Source: Heteronotia binoei (taxonomy: Eukaryota). Taken from it: a DNA stretch of 64,000 nucleotides. Where the stretch lies: NCBI RefSeq assembly GCF_032191835.1, contig NC_083239.1, positions 56,544,001 to 56,608,000 of the forward strand. The letters are read 5' to 3'. Shown piece by piece: positions 43,370 through 54,670 of the stretch. The notes beneath the pieces are model-generated. The model worked only from the letters and a program-made list of their open reading frames with translations. It made no database searches and was not told the DNA's origin. Numbering within the stretch: the first letter of the stretch is position 1; every line of letters begins with the position of its first letter. Position numbers and translations under genes: made by a program.

Positions 43370-45945
43370 GTTGACGTGGGGGCGTCACGTCACTTCCCTG
43401 CTGCAGGGTCTTGACTCTGGTGACCTGCAGAAGAGAAGAGGAAGGGCTCAGAATGCACCTCAAAGGGCAACCAGCACTGGGTGCGAGACCCCCACCCCAC
43501 CCCCAGGACGGACAAGGACAGGTAGAGGCCAAAGCACACTCTGCACGAGTGGCTGCCGACCGGTGTGACTCCTCCAAGAAGTGTGACTGGCTCATTTGGC
43601 AGCAGCCCCCACCCACCTCCTCCTCCACAGCAGTGAGATGTAGCGGAACCACGTCATGGGAACAGTCGTCCCCAGGGCCAGAGCCTCCCTCTAGGGGCAC
43701 CTGCCCACCCACCACCCTCACCCAGAGGGGGCTGCAGAAGACCCCCAGTCTCCAACCAGGGCTGAAGAGCAAAGCCTGTTTGCCCAGGTTTCAGGCCTCT
43801 GGGCTCGGCCGATCAGCTCCCTCGCCCCTCCCTCGACACCTCTCTTTTCAGCTTCCCTTGCGGCCTTATCTGCCCCTGTGTGCCTTGCCCTGCTATCAGC
43901 AGAGATAAGAGGCCTTCCCCTAGGCTCAGATCAAAGAGCCAGGCTGGAGCAAAACATCCACCCTTGGAGCAAAAACAAACAGCGAGAGAAAGATTAATTC
44001 CAGGCACCTGATGGGATTAACTCTGGGGTCAGAAAGGAGCCCACAAGCCAGCCTGGCAAGCTGGGGGCAAGGAGGTCTCCTGAGCCAGCACTGGGGGGAG
44101 GAGGTTTCAGCAGCAGCCCCCCTCAGGGGAGATAGCAGGGCTGCCTCACATGCTCCAAAGAAACCCATGGCAAGGCCTCTGGGGGAACCCCGCTCCTCTG
44201 CACTCCCATGCCCACAGGAAGCCTCTGAATGGGTAAGGATACCCATTTCAATTTGCAGCCCCCCTGTTCTGCCTAAGGGGGAGCCAGACTGGCCTGTGCC
44301 ATGCCCCCTTCTATCCTCACAGCCACCTGCTGAGACCGGCAGGGCCGAGTGGGTGTGGCTGGTCCAGGGACGGTCAAGGAGCTGCAACAGCAGAGCAGGG
44401 ATTTGAACCTGTCTCCCCCAAATCCTCGTCCCACCCGCCAACCACTGCTGGCTCTCAGAGACCGGGGGGGGGGGGGAGGCAGCCTATTATGCATTTGGAA
44501 GGAATGTCTGGAGGCCCCGCCTGCCCCTCGCCCAGGTTCCCACTGCTGGGAGACCCCCCCCAGGAAACCCTCCTCCTCCTCCGAGCAGAAAGGAGCCCTC
44601 TTCTCCCTGCTGGGGCTCCCCATGGTCAGGCACCTGCTTGCGAAACACAGGCCGAGGACGACGTTCCCACAGAGGCTGGCAGCTGGAGTTGCAACAGGGC
44701 TTCCAGGGCCTTGCGTAACTGAGCACAGAGGCCCTGCAGGCTCCCCCCCACCCCCACCCAGCCTGGAGACCAAGAGGGACTGAGGCGGAAGGGCAAAGTT
44801 CTGCAAGGCCAGGCCAGGAGACTCAGCTCCCCCCTCTGTCCTGCTCCCTCTCCATCAAGGTGGTCTGAGAAGCCCTGCCCCCTGGGGGGGGAGAAGGCTA
44901 CAGCTGCAAAGTCCCCAGGGGGACCCTTCCCAAGCAGCGCTCCTCCAGAGGCAGCCGGTTCCCTCCTCCCCAAGGAGCTGCGGTGTGGTGGAAGCAGGGG
45001 CCGCACACCTCTGCAGCGTCTCAAGAGCAAGACTGACACTTCGAATTTCCCAGAATCCCTTGAAAGCAAAAGGACACCGGATTGGCCACGAAGGCTACCC
45101 TCTGGCAACTGCAGCAAAGGCTGGCGCTGCTGAGGTCCTGCAGGGACAGGTACGTGGCCCTCCCTAGGGAAGGGACCCCCCTCCCTCTGCCCCCAGATGG
45201 CAGCAGCTCCCTGGCAGGCCCGGTGGAGCGGATGGGAGAGAAGCTGGGTGACTCAGACGTTGCAAACACAGGGGTTGTTTACGCACTCCAGGATGTGACC
45301 CTGTGGAAGGAGAACAAGAGGGCAGGGCTTGTGGCACAGGGAGGGGAGGGGAGAGAGGGCCAGAGACGGGCTGCATTCAGGGATGCTCAGGCAAAGAGGA
45401 GGGATCCAGGCTGCCTGAGGGGAGCACAGCCCTGAAGACCAGCTCCACGAGGGACCCACCCCTGCTGCCATAGTGGCAGCTGCTGTATGGGGAAGTCTCA
45501 GCCGCGCTGGGCAGCCCTGCAGCTTAGCCTGACCACCATCACCCTGGCTCTTTCCCCATCAGGCCTGACAGTGGCTGGAGACCAAGGCTGGAGGGGAAAA
45601 AACCCAGAGCAGAACCTGGTGACGAGTCCTCCCACCCTGGCCACAGCCACAAAAGCTCTGTGAACCAAGAGTGCAGCCCAAACCAGGAGGAGGAAGCTGG
45701 GTCAGTAGCACCCCTCCACCTCCGCTAAGACCAGTCAGCTCCTAGAAGGGGCACCAAATCCCAGTCTCTCCCTCCCACTTGTTCTCTACCTCCTGCCTAA
45801 GTGGCCAAGCTGATTTCACAAGTAACCAGGCAGAACCCACTGAATAAAATATGGCATAAATGATTAAATATGAAATAAAAATATGGAAGGATGATGTGGG
45901 GGTCACAGGAACAGACAATTTTCAACAGGGATTAGTTGTATTAAT

Positions 45946-47690
45946 GGAAGAGAGGGCTACCAGCCGCAGTGACTAAGAGGAGCCTCCACATTCAGAGGCA
46001 GTCAACCTCTGAAGCCCAAAGCCAGAAGGCAACATCAGGCGAAGGCCTTAGCCTCTCTGCCATGTTATTGGCCACTGTGTGAAACAGGATGCTGGACTAG
46101 ATGGACCCTCCCTGGTCTGATCCAGCAGGGCTCTGATGTCCTTCTCAGGGGAAGGCCTCGGCCTCTCTGCCCTGTTGTTGGCCCTCCAGGGGAACTGGCT
46201 GGCCACTGTGTGAGACAGGAGGTTGGACTATCTGGACCCTCCCTGGTCTGATCCAGCAGGGCTCTGATGTCCTTCTCAGGGGAAGGCCTCGGCCTCTCTG
46301 CCCTGTTGATGGCCCTCCAGAGGAACTGGCTGGCCCCCTGTGTGAGACAGGAGGCTGGACTAGATGGACCCTCCCTGGTCTGATCCAGCAGGGCTCTGAT
46401 GTCCTTCTCAGGGGAAGGCCTCGGCCTCTCTGCCCTGTTGTTGGCCCTCCAGAGGAACTGGCTGGCCCCTGTGTGAGACAGGAGGTTGGACTATCTGGAC
46501 CCTCCCTGGTCTGATCCAGCAGGGCTCTGATGTCCTTCTCAGGGGAAGGCCTCAGCCTCTCTGCCCTGTTGTTGGCCCTCCAGGGGAACTGGCTGGCCCC
46601 TGTGTGAGACAGGAGGTTGGACTATCTGGACCCTCCCTGGTCTGATCCAGCAGGGCTCTGATGTCCTTCTCAGGGGAAGGCCTCGGCCTCTCTGCCCTGT
46701 TGATGGCCCTCCAGAGGAACTGGCTGGCCCCTGTGTGAAACAGGATGCTGGACTAGATGGACCCTCCCTGGTCTGATCCAGCAGGGCTCTGATGTCCTTC
46801 TCAGGGGAAGGCCTCGGCCTCTCTGCCCTGTTGTTGGCCCTCCAGAGGAACTGGCTGGCCCCTGTGTGAGACAGGAGGTTGGACTATCTGGACCCTCCCT
46901 GGTCTGATCCAGCAGGGCTCTGATGTCCTTCTCAGGGGAAGGCCTCAGCCTCTCTGCCCTGTTGTTGGCCCTCCAGAGGAACTGGCTGGCCCCTGTGTGA
47001 GACAGGAGGTTGGACTATCTGGACCCTCCCTGGTCTGATCCAGCAGGGCTCTGATGTCCTTCTCAGGGGAAGGCCTCAGCCTCTCTGCCCTGTTGATGGC
47101 CCTCCAGAGGAACTGGCTGGCCCCTGTGTGAGACAGGAGGCTGGACTAGATGGACCCTCCCTGGTCTGATCCAGCAGGGCTCTTCTGATGTTCTTTCAGG
47201 GGAAGGCCTCAGCCTCTCTGCCCTCTTGTTGGCCCCCAGAGAAACTTGTTGGCTGCTGTGTGAGACAAGAGGCTGGACTAGATAGACCCTCCCTGGTCTG
47301 ATCCAGCAGGGCTCTTCTGCCGGCCTCGGCCTCTCTGCCCTGTTGCTGACCCTGCGGAAGAACTAGTTGGCCACTGAATGAGACAGGAGGCTGGACTAGA
47401 TGGACCCTCCCTGGTCTGACCCAACAGGTCTCTTTTGATGTTCGTTTCAGGGGAAGGCCTCAGCCTCTCTGCCAACTTGTTGGCTGCTGTGTGAGACAGG
47501 AGGCTGGACTAGATGGACCCTCCCTGGCCTCATCCAGCAAGGCTCAACTGCTGTTATGAAGGCCTTGGCACCCTGTTGCCGTCCCTCCAAAAGAGCTGGC
47601 TGGCCACCATGTGAGATGGGATACTGGACTAGATCCCACAGGGTCCTGTTATGCTGGTCTGATCCCACAGGACTTGTCTGATGTTCTTCA
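45946..47690 (+). repeat. CR1 3' UTR followed by a 131-bp tandem array (about 11-12 copies) of its terminus, AKT2 intron 1
   Basis: CTTCTCAGGGG recurs at 46141, 46272, 46404 and 46535; unit ends GGACTA(G/T)(A/C)TGGACCCTCCCTGGTCTGATCCAGCAGGGCTCTGATGT; decays after about 47300. Confidence 0.92.
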
Positions 47691-48462
47691 GCCCAAATCT
47701 AGCCAGAGTTCACCCCACACAGGGAGATGGGGCACTCTCAGTCCCCTGCCTGCTGGGCCTCTCTCATTTTAGGAAATGAGTCTGCAAACTGGGGCTGAAA
47801 ATACCACCGACTGTGCCCTCTGGGAAAAGCAGCTACCACCTCAAGGCACTTCCCAGTGGAAGCCACAAGTGAAAAGGCAGAGACCAACCCTGCAGCTCAG
47901 GCAGCCTGCCTCTCCCAGTCCTCCCGCAGCACCGAGACAAGAAGAATAGGATGAGGGACCATCAACCTGCCCCCCCCCCGCCCCCAGCAGCTCCCTCCCT
48001 GTGTGCTGGTTAACCCCTCAGGAGCCTCACCTCTGACCCTGCCCAAAGAACTAGCGCCTTCCCTTCTTTTGAAGCCTTGGTCCACTCAGGAATGAATGCA
48101 ACGAAAATTTTGTTTATTACTATTATTGCTATTATTATTATTTGGACCGGCTCGATCACCCATCCCGGCCAAAGCCAGGCTCTGGGTGCTGCACAACTGA
48201 TAAAACAATATACAACCAAAATTCCAAGCAACACATTGCAAAATGTTACATTAAGCCAATAAGACTCTAAAACCCACGATGATGCCCCACTCATTTTCAG
48301 GTAAGGAGAACCCCTGCGTCGTGTACACCAAACTGAAGGAGGGAGCCAAGGCAGCCCCTGTCAAAATCCAGCCCCCCCACTCATATGAAGATATGAAGCT
48401 GCCTTATACTGAATCAGACACTTGGTCCATCAAAGTCAGTATTGTCTTCTCAGACTGGCAGC

Positions 48463-48729
48463 GGCTCTCCGGGGTCTCAAGCTGAGGTTTTTCACACCTC
48501 TTTGCGTGGACCCTTTTTTGGAGATGCCAGGGATCGAACCTGGGACCTTCTGCTTCCCAAGCAGATGCTCTACCACTGAGCCACAGCCCAATTAATGGCT
48601 CTCCGGGGTCTCAAGCTGAGGTTTTTCACACCTCTTTGCCTGGACCCTTTTTTGGAGATGCCGGGGATTGAACCCGGGACCTTCTGCTTCCCAAGCAGAT
48701 GCTCTACCACTGAGCCAGGGTCCCTCCCC
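48463..48729 (-). mobile_element. Tandem dimer (period 134) of a tRNA-derived SINE head
   Basis: Minus strand GGCTCAGTGGTAGAGCATCTGCTTGGGAAGCAGAAGGTCCC.GGTTC.ATCCC.GGCATCTCC twice; no acceptor stem. Confidence 0.8.
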
Positions 48730-48749
48730 TGAAAGCTTCACAGGTCCCC

Positions 48750-50100
48750 CCCCCCCCGCAGTCTTTCCAAGGAATCAGCTGATGCTGCCCTTTTGGAAGG
48801 CTCCCAAAGGCGGGGGGGGGGGGTGTTGCGGCCACATCAACCCCCCCCCCCCCCGCAATCCCGAGGCTGGCTGCGGAGGAGCCAGCGAGCACAACCCCCC
48901 CGCGCAGCCAGCGCTTCCTAAATGGCAAAGAGCAGCCAGGCTATTTTTAGAGCCCCGCCGCCCCGGCCCGGCCCCTGGAGTCGCAGGCAGAGGAGGGAGG
49001 GGAGGGAGCCCCCCCGCCCTAGCAGCAGCCGTGACTCACCCGCGGGGCGGCAGGCCCAGCGAGCCCGTTGCGCGCGGTGGCAGCGAGTTCCGCAGGAGTG
49101 CGGGGCCGGCACCAGCCAGCCCCCTTCATGCCCGGGCAACGCGCAGCGCCAGCAGGGAGGGAAAGAGGCCGGCGGGGGGGCGGAGCCTGGATGCGCTCCC
49201 CCCAGGCAACCCTGCAAGGCTGTCGTGAAGGCGCAACGCCCCCCGCCCCGCTGCGGGCGGGGCCAAGGTCACAGCGGAGCCGGAGAAGCGCCCCCTGCCC
49301 TGCGCGACGCGATGGTCTGGCCCGCTCCGCCCCCCGCGACGCGATGGTCTGGCCCGCGCTGGCCAGTCTGGTCCCCCCCGCTTCGCGATGGTCTGCCCCG
49401 CCGCGGCCTCCCCTCCTCCTCCTCCGACAATGGCGTCCCAGCATGCCCTGCGCGGCGGGCGAGACCATCGCTGCTGCTGCGGGGGAGGGGGGCCCTGGCC
49501 TGGCCTGGCCTCACCTGCCGGCGTCACCTCAGGGCCATCCTCCGCGCCGCTGCCGCCGCCGCTCCTCCACCGACGGCGCTCCCGGAAGCCCCACCCCCGC
49601 CGGGCCCACGCATGCAGGAAGGGAAAGGGAGCGGGCGGGGCCTCCGAGGGGAAAGGCGAGAGGAGCCCCACACAAGCAGCAGCGCCCGCCGCCGCCACCT
49701 TCGCCGCTCTGCGCACGCGCCCTCTACTGCGCACGCGCCCCAGGGGCCCGGCGGGAAGCTCCCACGGCGCCTGCGCGGAACCGCAGAAGGGGGGGTCAGT
49801 CGCTCCACGTCCGCATCCGGGAACCCCTCCTCCCCCCCCCCGCCCGAAGCATCCCAGTGGCCACCCTGGCGGGGGACGCGAGCAAGAAGGCCCTGCCGCT
49901 TCTGGGGCAGCCCCGACTGGGAGGCACTGCCCTTTGCAGCACACGTGCCGGTGGGTGCAGCGCCGCCAAGCTGCGGCTCTTCCCGCACGTTGCGTGCCTC
50001 TCAGGGGACGGGACAGCCCTTCCCGTAGAGGCTTTCTCTGCAGGCAGCTGTGTGTGCGCAAGGGCTGTCCTTAGGACAAGCTTAATATCCGTTTCTCGCT
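48750..50100 (-). promoter_or_regulatory. AKT2: AKT2 CpG-island promoter and non-coding first exon(s)
   Basis: CpG island; two NRF1-type TGCGCACGCGC sites (49710-49720, 49728-49738); minus-strand donors GTGAGT (exon end 49040) and GTGAGG (exon end 49515). Confidence 0.75.
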
Positions 50101-50386
50101 ACGGGCAAATGTGGTCCCCAGTATTCCCTATGGGCAGGCGCTGTTCTGAGTTTCAGTACGCCCCCCTCTCAGAATCTGGAAGGGTGTGTCGACTGCCTTA
50201 GAAGAGGCATTTAAAGTTTCTTTCTTTCCACCTCTCCCTCCTGACATGTTTGCCTTTCTGTCTTGTGGCTCTCAAACGTTTGACGTTTGTTCCATGTGGC
50301 AAGTTTGGCCACCCCTGATTTGAAGCAACAGAACAGAGTCCAAGCCCAGCGGCACCTTTAAGACCAACAATGTTTAATTCTGGGTA

Positions 50387-51231
50387 GAATCATAGAGTTG
50401 GAGGAGACTTCTAGGGTTATCTAGTCCCACCTCCTGCACAGTGCACGAAGTCACAAACACCTCCCCCTAAATTCACAGGATCCTCATTGCTGTCAGATGG
50501 CCACCCAGCCTCTGTTGAAAAACCTCCAAGGAAGGAGAGCCCACCACCTCCTGAAGAATCCTAGAGTCAGAAGGGACCTCCAGGGTCATCTAGTCCAACC
50601 CCCTGCACAACACAGGAAATTCACAAATACTCCCCCCCCTCCCTAAATTCACAGGATCCTCATTGCTGTCAGATGGCCACCCAGCCTCTGTATAAAAACC
50701 TCCAAGGAAGGAGAGCCCACCACCTCCTCAAGAATCATAGAATCCTAGAGTGGGAAGGGACATCCAGGGTCATCTAGTCCAATCCCTGCACAATGCAGGG
50801 AACTCCCAAACACCTCCCCCTAAATTCACAGGATCCTCATTGCTGTCAGATGGCCACCCAGCCTCTGTTGAAAAACCTCCAAGGAAGGAGAGCCCACCAC
50901 CTCCTGAAGAATCCTAGAGTCGGAAGGGACCTCCAGGGTCATCTAGTCCAACCCCCTGCACAACACAGGAAATTCACAAATACTCCCCCCCCTCCCTAAA
51001 TTCACAGGATCCTCATTGCTGTCAGATGGCCACCCAGCCTCTGTATAAAAACCTCCAAGGAAGGAGAGCCCACCACCTCCTGAAGAATCCTAGAATCCTA
51101 GAGTGGGAAGGGACATCCAGGGTCATCTAGTCCAACCCCTGCACAATGCAGGGAACTCACAAACCCCTCCCCCTAAATTCACAGGATCCTCATTGCTGTC
51201 AGATGGCCATCTAGCCTCTGTTTTAAAACCT
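50387..51231 (-). repeat. About 5 tandem copies of the 175-bp CR1 3'-end module
   Basis: Reverse complement of the modules at 1090 and 11451; units start at about 50387, 50557, 50732, 50910 and 51085. Confidence 0.92.
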
Positions 51232-51329
51232 ATGGGGAGGGAGGGTAGAGGCTTTCATGTGTGTGCATCTGAAGAAGTATGCATGTTCACAAAAGCTTAT
51301 ACCCAGAATTATTTTATTACTTTGGATTT

Positions 51330-51915
51330 GTGAATTGCCCAGTCCCTGTTACTGCAGGGCTCTGGGCAACGTACAGTAACATTAAAACATAACCAGATTA
51401 AATAATTAACAATAGTTAAAATATATTTTAAGAAAATACAGCAATTATTACTTGTTCATTATTCCAGTTACAGTTGTTTGTCCACTTTGCAGGTGGGTGG
51501 GAAGAGGGCAAGCATGAAGCAAAAGAACAGAAGTGGGTGCTAGCTGAGATAGACACTCACTGTCCTCAACCAAAACCTTGTGGAGCATCTCTCCTTTGCA
51601 GGCCCTGTGGAATTGCATAAGGTCCTGCAGGGCTGTGATGGAACTTGGCAGACAGTTCCTCCAGGTTGGAGCCAAGACCAAAAAGGCTCTGGTTAGGGAC
51701 AGCTGGGTGTCTTTAGGGCCAGAGACCACTAGCAAGTTGTTATCCTAAGAGCACAGCGCCCTTCCAGGGAAAAACAGAGGAGATGGTCCTGTAGATTCGT
51801 TGGTTCCTGATTGCTCAAGGCGTTACAAGTCAATACCAAAACCTTGGACTTGACTCTGTATTCCAGTGGAGACCTGTGCAGCTGGCGCAGCACCGGTTGT
51901 ATATGTGCCATTGTT
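51330..51915 (-). mobile_element. L2-clade LINE 3' fragment
   Basis: HIQPVLRQLH..LEYRVKSKVLVLTCNAL..EPTNLQDHL and GPKDTQLSLTRAF.VLAPTW.NCLP. Confidence 0.7.
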
Positions 51916-52789
51916 GGTCTTAAAGGTGCCCCTGGACTCAAACGTTGTTCCGTTTGTACACACAGACACACCCATGTACACATAAAGTTCCCTCAGCCCA
52001 TCAAGGTCAGTCTGGCAGTGGCTCTCCAGGGTCTCCGGCCGAGGTCTTCCTCAGCCCTTCCTGCCTGTAGGAAAGTTTCGATGCAAACGTGGAACAGATT
52101 TAAAGAATGAGGGTCCTTGGGGGAAGAAGAAGTGTTCGGGGATATAGAAAACGATCCTCCTCAGGGCAGACTCATGGCCCCCGAGTGGTATGACACCCCC
52201 TCCCCAAATGGAATGGCCGTTCCTTGCACCCACGCAAGTCAGCTGCGATTCTCAGCTCCCATTATAGCTGGTGGGCCTTCTTGTCATTCAGTGTAGCACA
52301 TCCCACTCCCTTATTCGTTCTAGTGGCCCAGGGGCCTTTCTGTGAAAGGAAAAGTGCTGTAGTAAAATGGAATTGGACACGAGAGTGGTTTTTATAAAAG
52401 GGTGGGCTATGGACTGTGTACCTTACCTTGTTTTTACTGCAGTTTTCTAATTTCTGTAATCCCGTTATTGTCATATCTAATCTTTTGATCCAGCCTTATA
52501 ACATTGCATGTGGAGTTATTTTTAAATGCTTTGAGCTCCCACAAGAATAGCAGACAGAGCCCGCTCGCAGGAAGGGCGGGATATAAGCTGATTTTAAGAA
52601 ATAAAGTCTAAAAAAGATGACTGTCACACAGGAAGCTCTGTGCTGCCGGCTGCCGGCTGGAGGCAGGCATCCCCCTCTGGCTAAAGGGATGCAGATGAGT
52701 CTTCTCTGCAGTGTTCAGAAAAGGTCCTTGGCTGCGGCCAGCGTCCTCCCCTCCCCCCCCCCCATCAGGAGGGCAGCAGAGATTATGCC

Positions 52790-54670
52790 TGTCTCTGACT
52801 GCAGCATCACTGGAGGGAAACCAACACGATACAAGAACAAGACAAGAACTTGTGGGCACTCAATGAAATTGTGGAGCAGTCGCGTTAAAACAGATAAAAG
52901 GATGTCCTTTTTCACCAAAAGGGAGATTAACATGCGGAATTCACTGCCACAGGAGGTGGCGGTGGCTACAAGCATAGCCAGCTTCAAGAGGGGATTGGAT
53001 AGACATATGGAGCAGAGGTCCGTCAGTGACTATTAGCCACAGGGTAGAGATGGAACTTTGTCTGGGGCAGTGATGCTCTGTATTCTTGATGCTTTGGGGG
53101 GCACAGTGGGAGGGCTTCTAGTGTCCTGGCCCCACTGATGGACCTCCTGATGGCACCTGGGTTTTTGGCCACTGTGTGGCACAGAGTGTTGGAGTGGATG
53201 AGCCATTGGCCTGATCCAACATGGCTTCTCTTGTTCTTCTGTGACACAGAGTGTTGGACTGGAGGGGCCTTTGGCCTGATCCAACATGGCTTCTCTTGTT
53301 CTTCTATGACACAGAGTGTTGGACTGAAGGGGCCATTGGCCTGATCCAACATGGCTTCTCTTATGTTCTTCTGTGACACAGTGTTGGACTGGATGGACCG
53401 TTGGCCTGATCCAACATGGCTTCTCTTGTTCTTCTGTGACACAGAGTGTTGGACTGGAGGGGCCATTGGCCTGATCCAACATGGCTTCTCTTATGTTCTT
53501 CTGTGACACAGTGTAGGACTGGAGGGGCCACTGGCCTGATCCAACATGGCTTCTCTGATGTTCTTATGTGACAGTGTTGGACTGGATGGGCCATTGGCCT
53601 GATCCAACATGGCTTCTCTTATGTTCTTCTGTGACACAGTGTTGGACTGGATGGGCCGTTGGCCTGATCCAACATGGCTTCTCTTATGTTCTTATGAGAC
53701 ACAGAGTGTTGGACTGGAGGGGCCTTTGGCCTGATCCAACATGGCTTCTCTTGTTCTTCTGTGACACAGAGTGTTGGACTGAAGGGGCCATTGGCCTGAT
53801 CCAACATGGCTTCTCTTATGTTCTTCTGTGACACAGTTTTGGACTGGATGGGCCACTGGCCTGATCCAACATGGCTTCTCTTGATCTTCTGTGACACAGA
53901 GTGTTGGACTGGAGGGGCCATTGGCCTGATCCAACATGGCTTCTCTTATGTTCTTCTGTGACACAGTGTTGGACTGGATGGGCCATTGGCCTGATCCAAC
54001 ATGGCTTCTCTTATGTTCTTCTGTGACACAGAGTGTTGGACTGGATGGGCCGTTGGCCTGATCCAACATGGCTTCTCTGATGTTCTTATGTGACACAGTG
54101 TTGGACTGAATGGGCCATTGGCCTGATCCAACAGGGCTTCTCTTATGTTCTTCTGTGACACAGTGTTGGACTGGATGGGCCATTGGCCTGATCCAACATG
54201 GCTTCTCTTATGTTCTTCTGTGACACAGAGTGTTGGACTGGAGGGGCCACTGGCCTGATCCAACAGGGCTTCTCTTATGTTCTTCTGTGACACAGAGTGT
54301 TGGGCTGGAGGGGCCAGTGGCCTGATCCAACAGGGCTTCTCTTATGTTCTTCTGTGACACAGAGTGTTAGACTGGATGGGCCATTGGCCTGATCCAACAG
54401 GGCTTCTCTTATGTTCTTCTGTGACACAGAGTGTTGGACTGGATGGGCCATTGGCCTGATCCAACAGGGCTTCTCTTATGTTCTTCTGTGACACAGAGTG
54501 TTGGGCTGGAGGGGCCAGTGGCCTGATCCAACAGGGCTTCTCTTATGTTCTTCTGTGACACAGAGTGTTGGGCTGGAGGGGCCAGTGGCCTGATCCAACA
54601 GGGCTTCTCTTATGTTCTTCTGTGACACAGAGTGTTGGACTGTGTCTAACATGGCTTCTCTTATGTTAAC
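52790..54670 (+). repeat. CR1 3' fragment followed by a 64-67-bp tandem array (about 22-23 copies) of its last 65 nt
   Basis: CR1 ORF2 end GHSMKL..FFT..RNSLPQEVAVATSIASFKRGLDRHME*. Array 53178-54670 with unit GACACAGAGTGTTGGACTGGA(G/T)GGGCCATTGGCCTGATCCAACATGGCTTCTCTTATGTTCTTCTGT. Confidence 0.95.

Larger units (their letters stand above)
50325..51955. mobile_element. Penelope-like palindromic element split into three pieces by nested insertions
   Basis: Left GCGGCACCTTTAAGACCAACAA..CTGGGTAG (to 50387), middle GCATCTGAAGAAGT..AAAAGCTTATACCCAGAAT (51243-51310), right GTTGGTCTTAAAGGTGCCCCTGGACTCAAAC (51913-51955). Confidence 0.55.

Noticed and set aside
48655-48729. Possible tRNA gene
   Set aside because: A/B boxes and an anticodon-like arm are present, but there is no acceptor stem; it is duplicated in tandem with a non-tRNA body, so it is a SINE head.
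48922-50201. Several 300-380-aa ORFs at the AKT2 promoter
   Set aside because: Expected stop depletion in a CpG island; Arg/Pro/Gly-rich with no homology signal.
53178-54670. CRISPR-like appearance and repetitive ORFs in the 65-bp array (also the 42- and 131-bp arrays)
   Set aside because: No unique spacers; the units are CR1 termini; eukaryotic context; the ORFs are just translated repeats.
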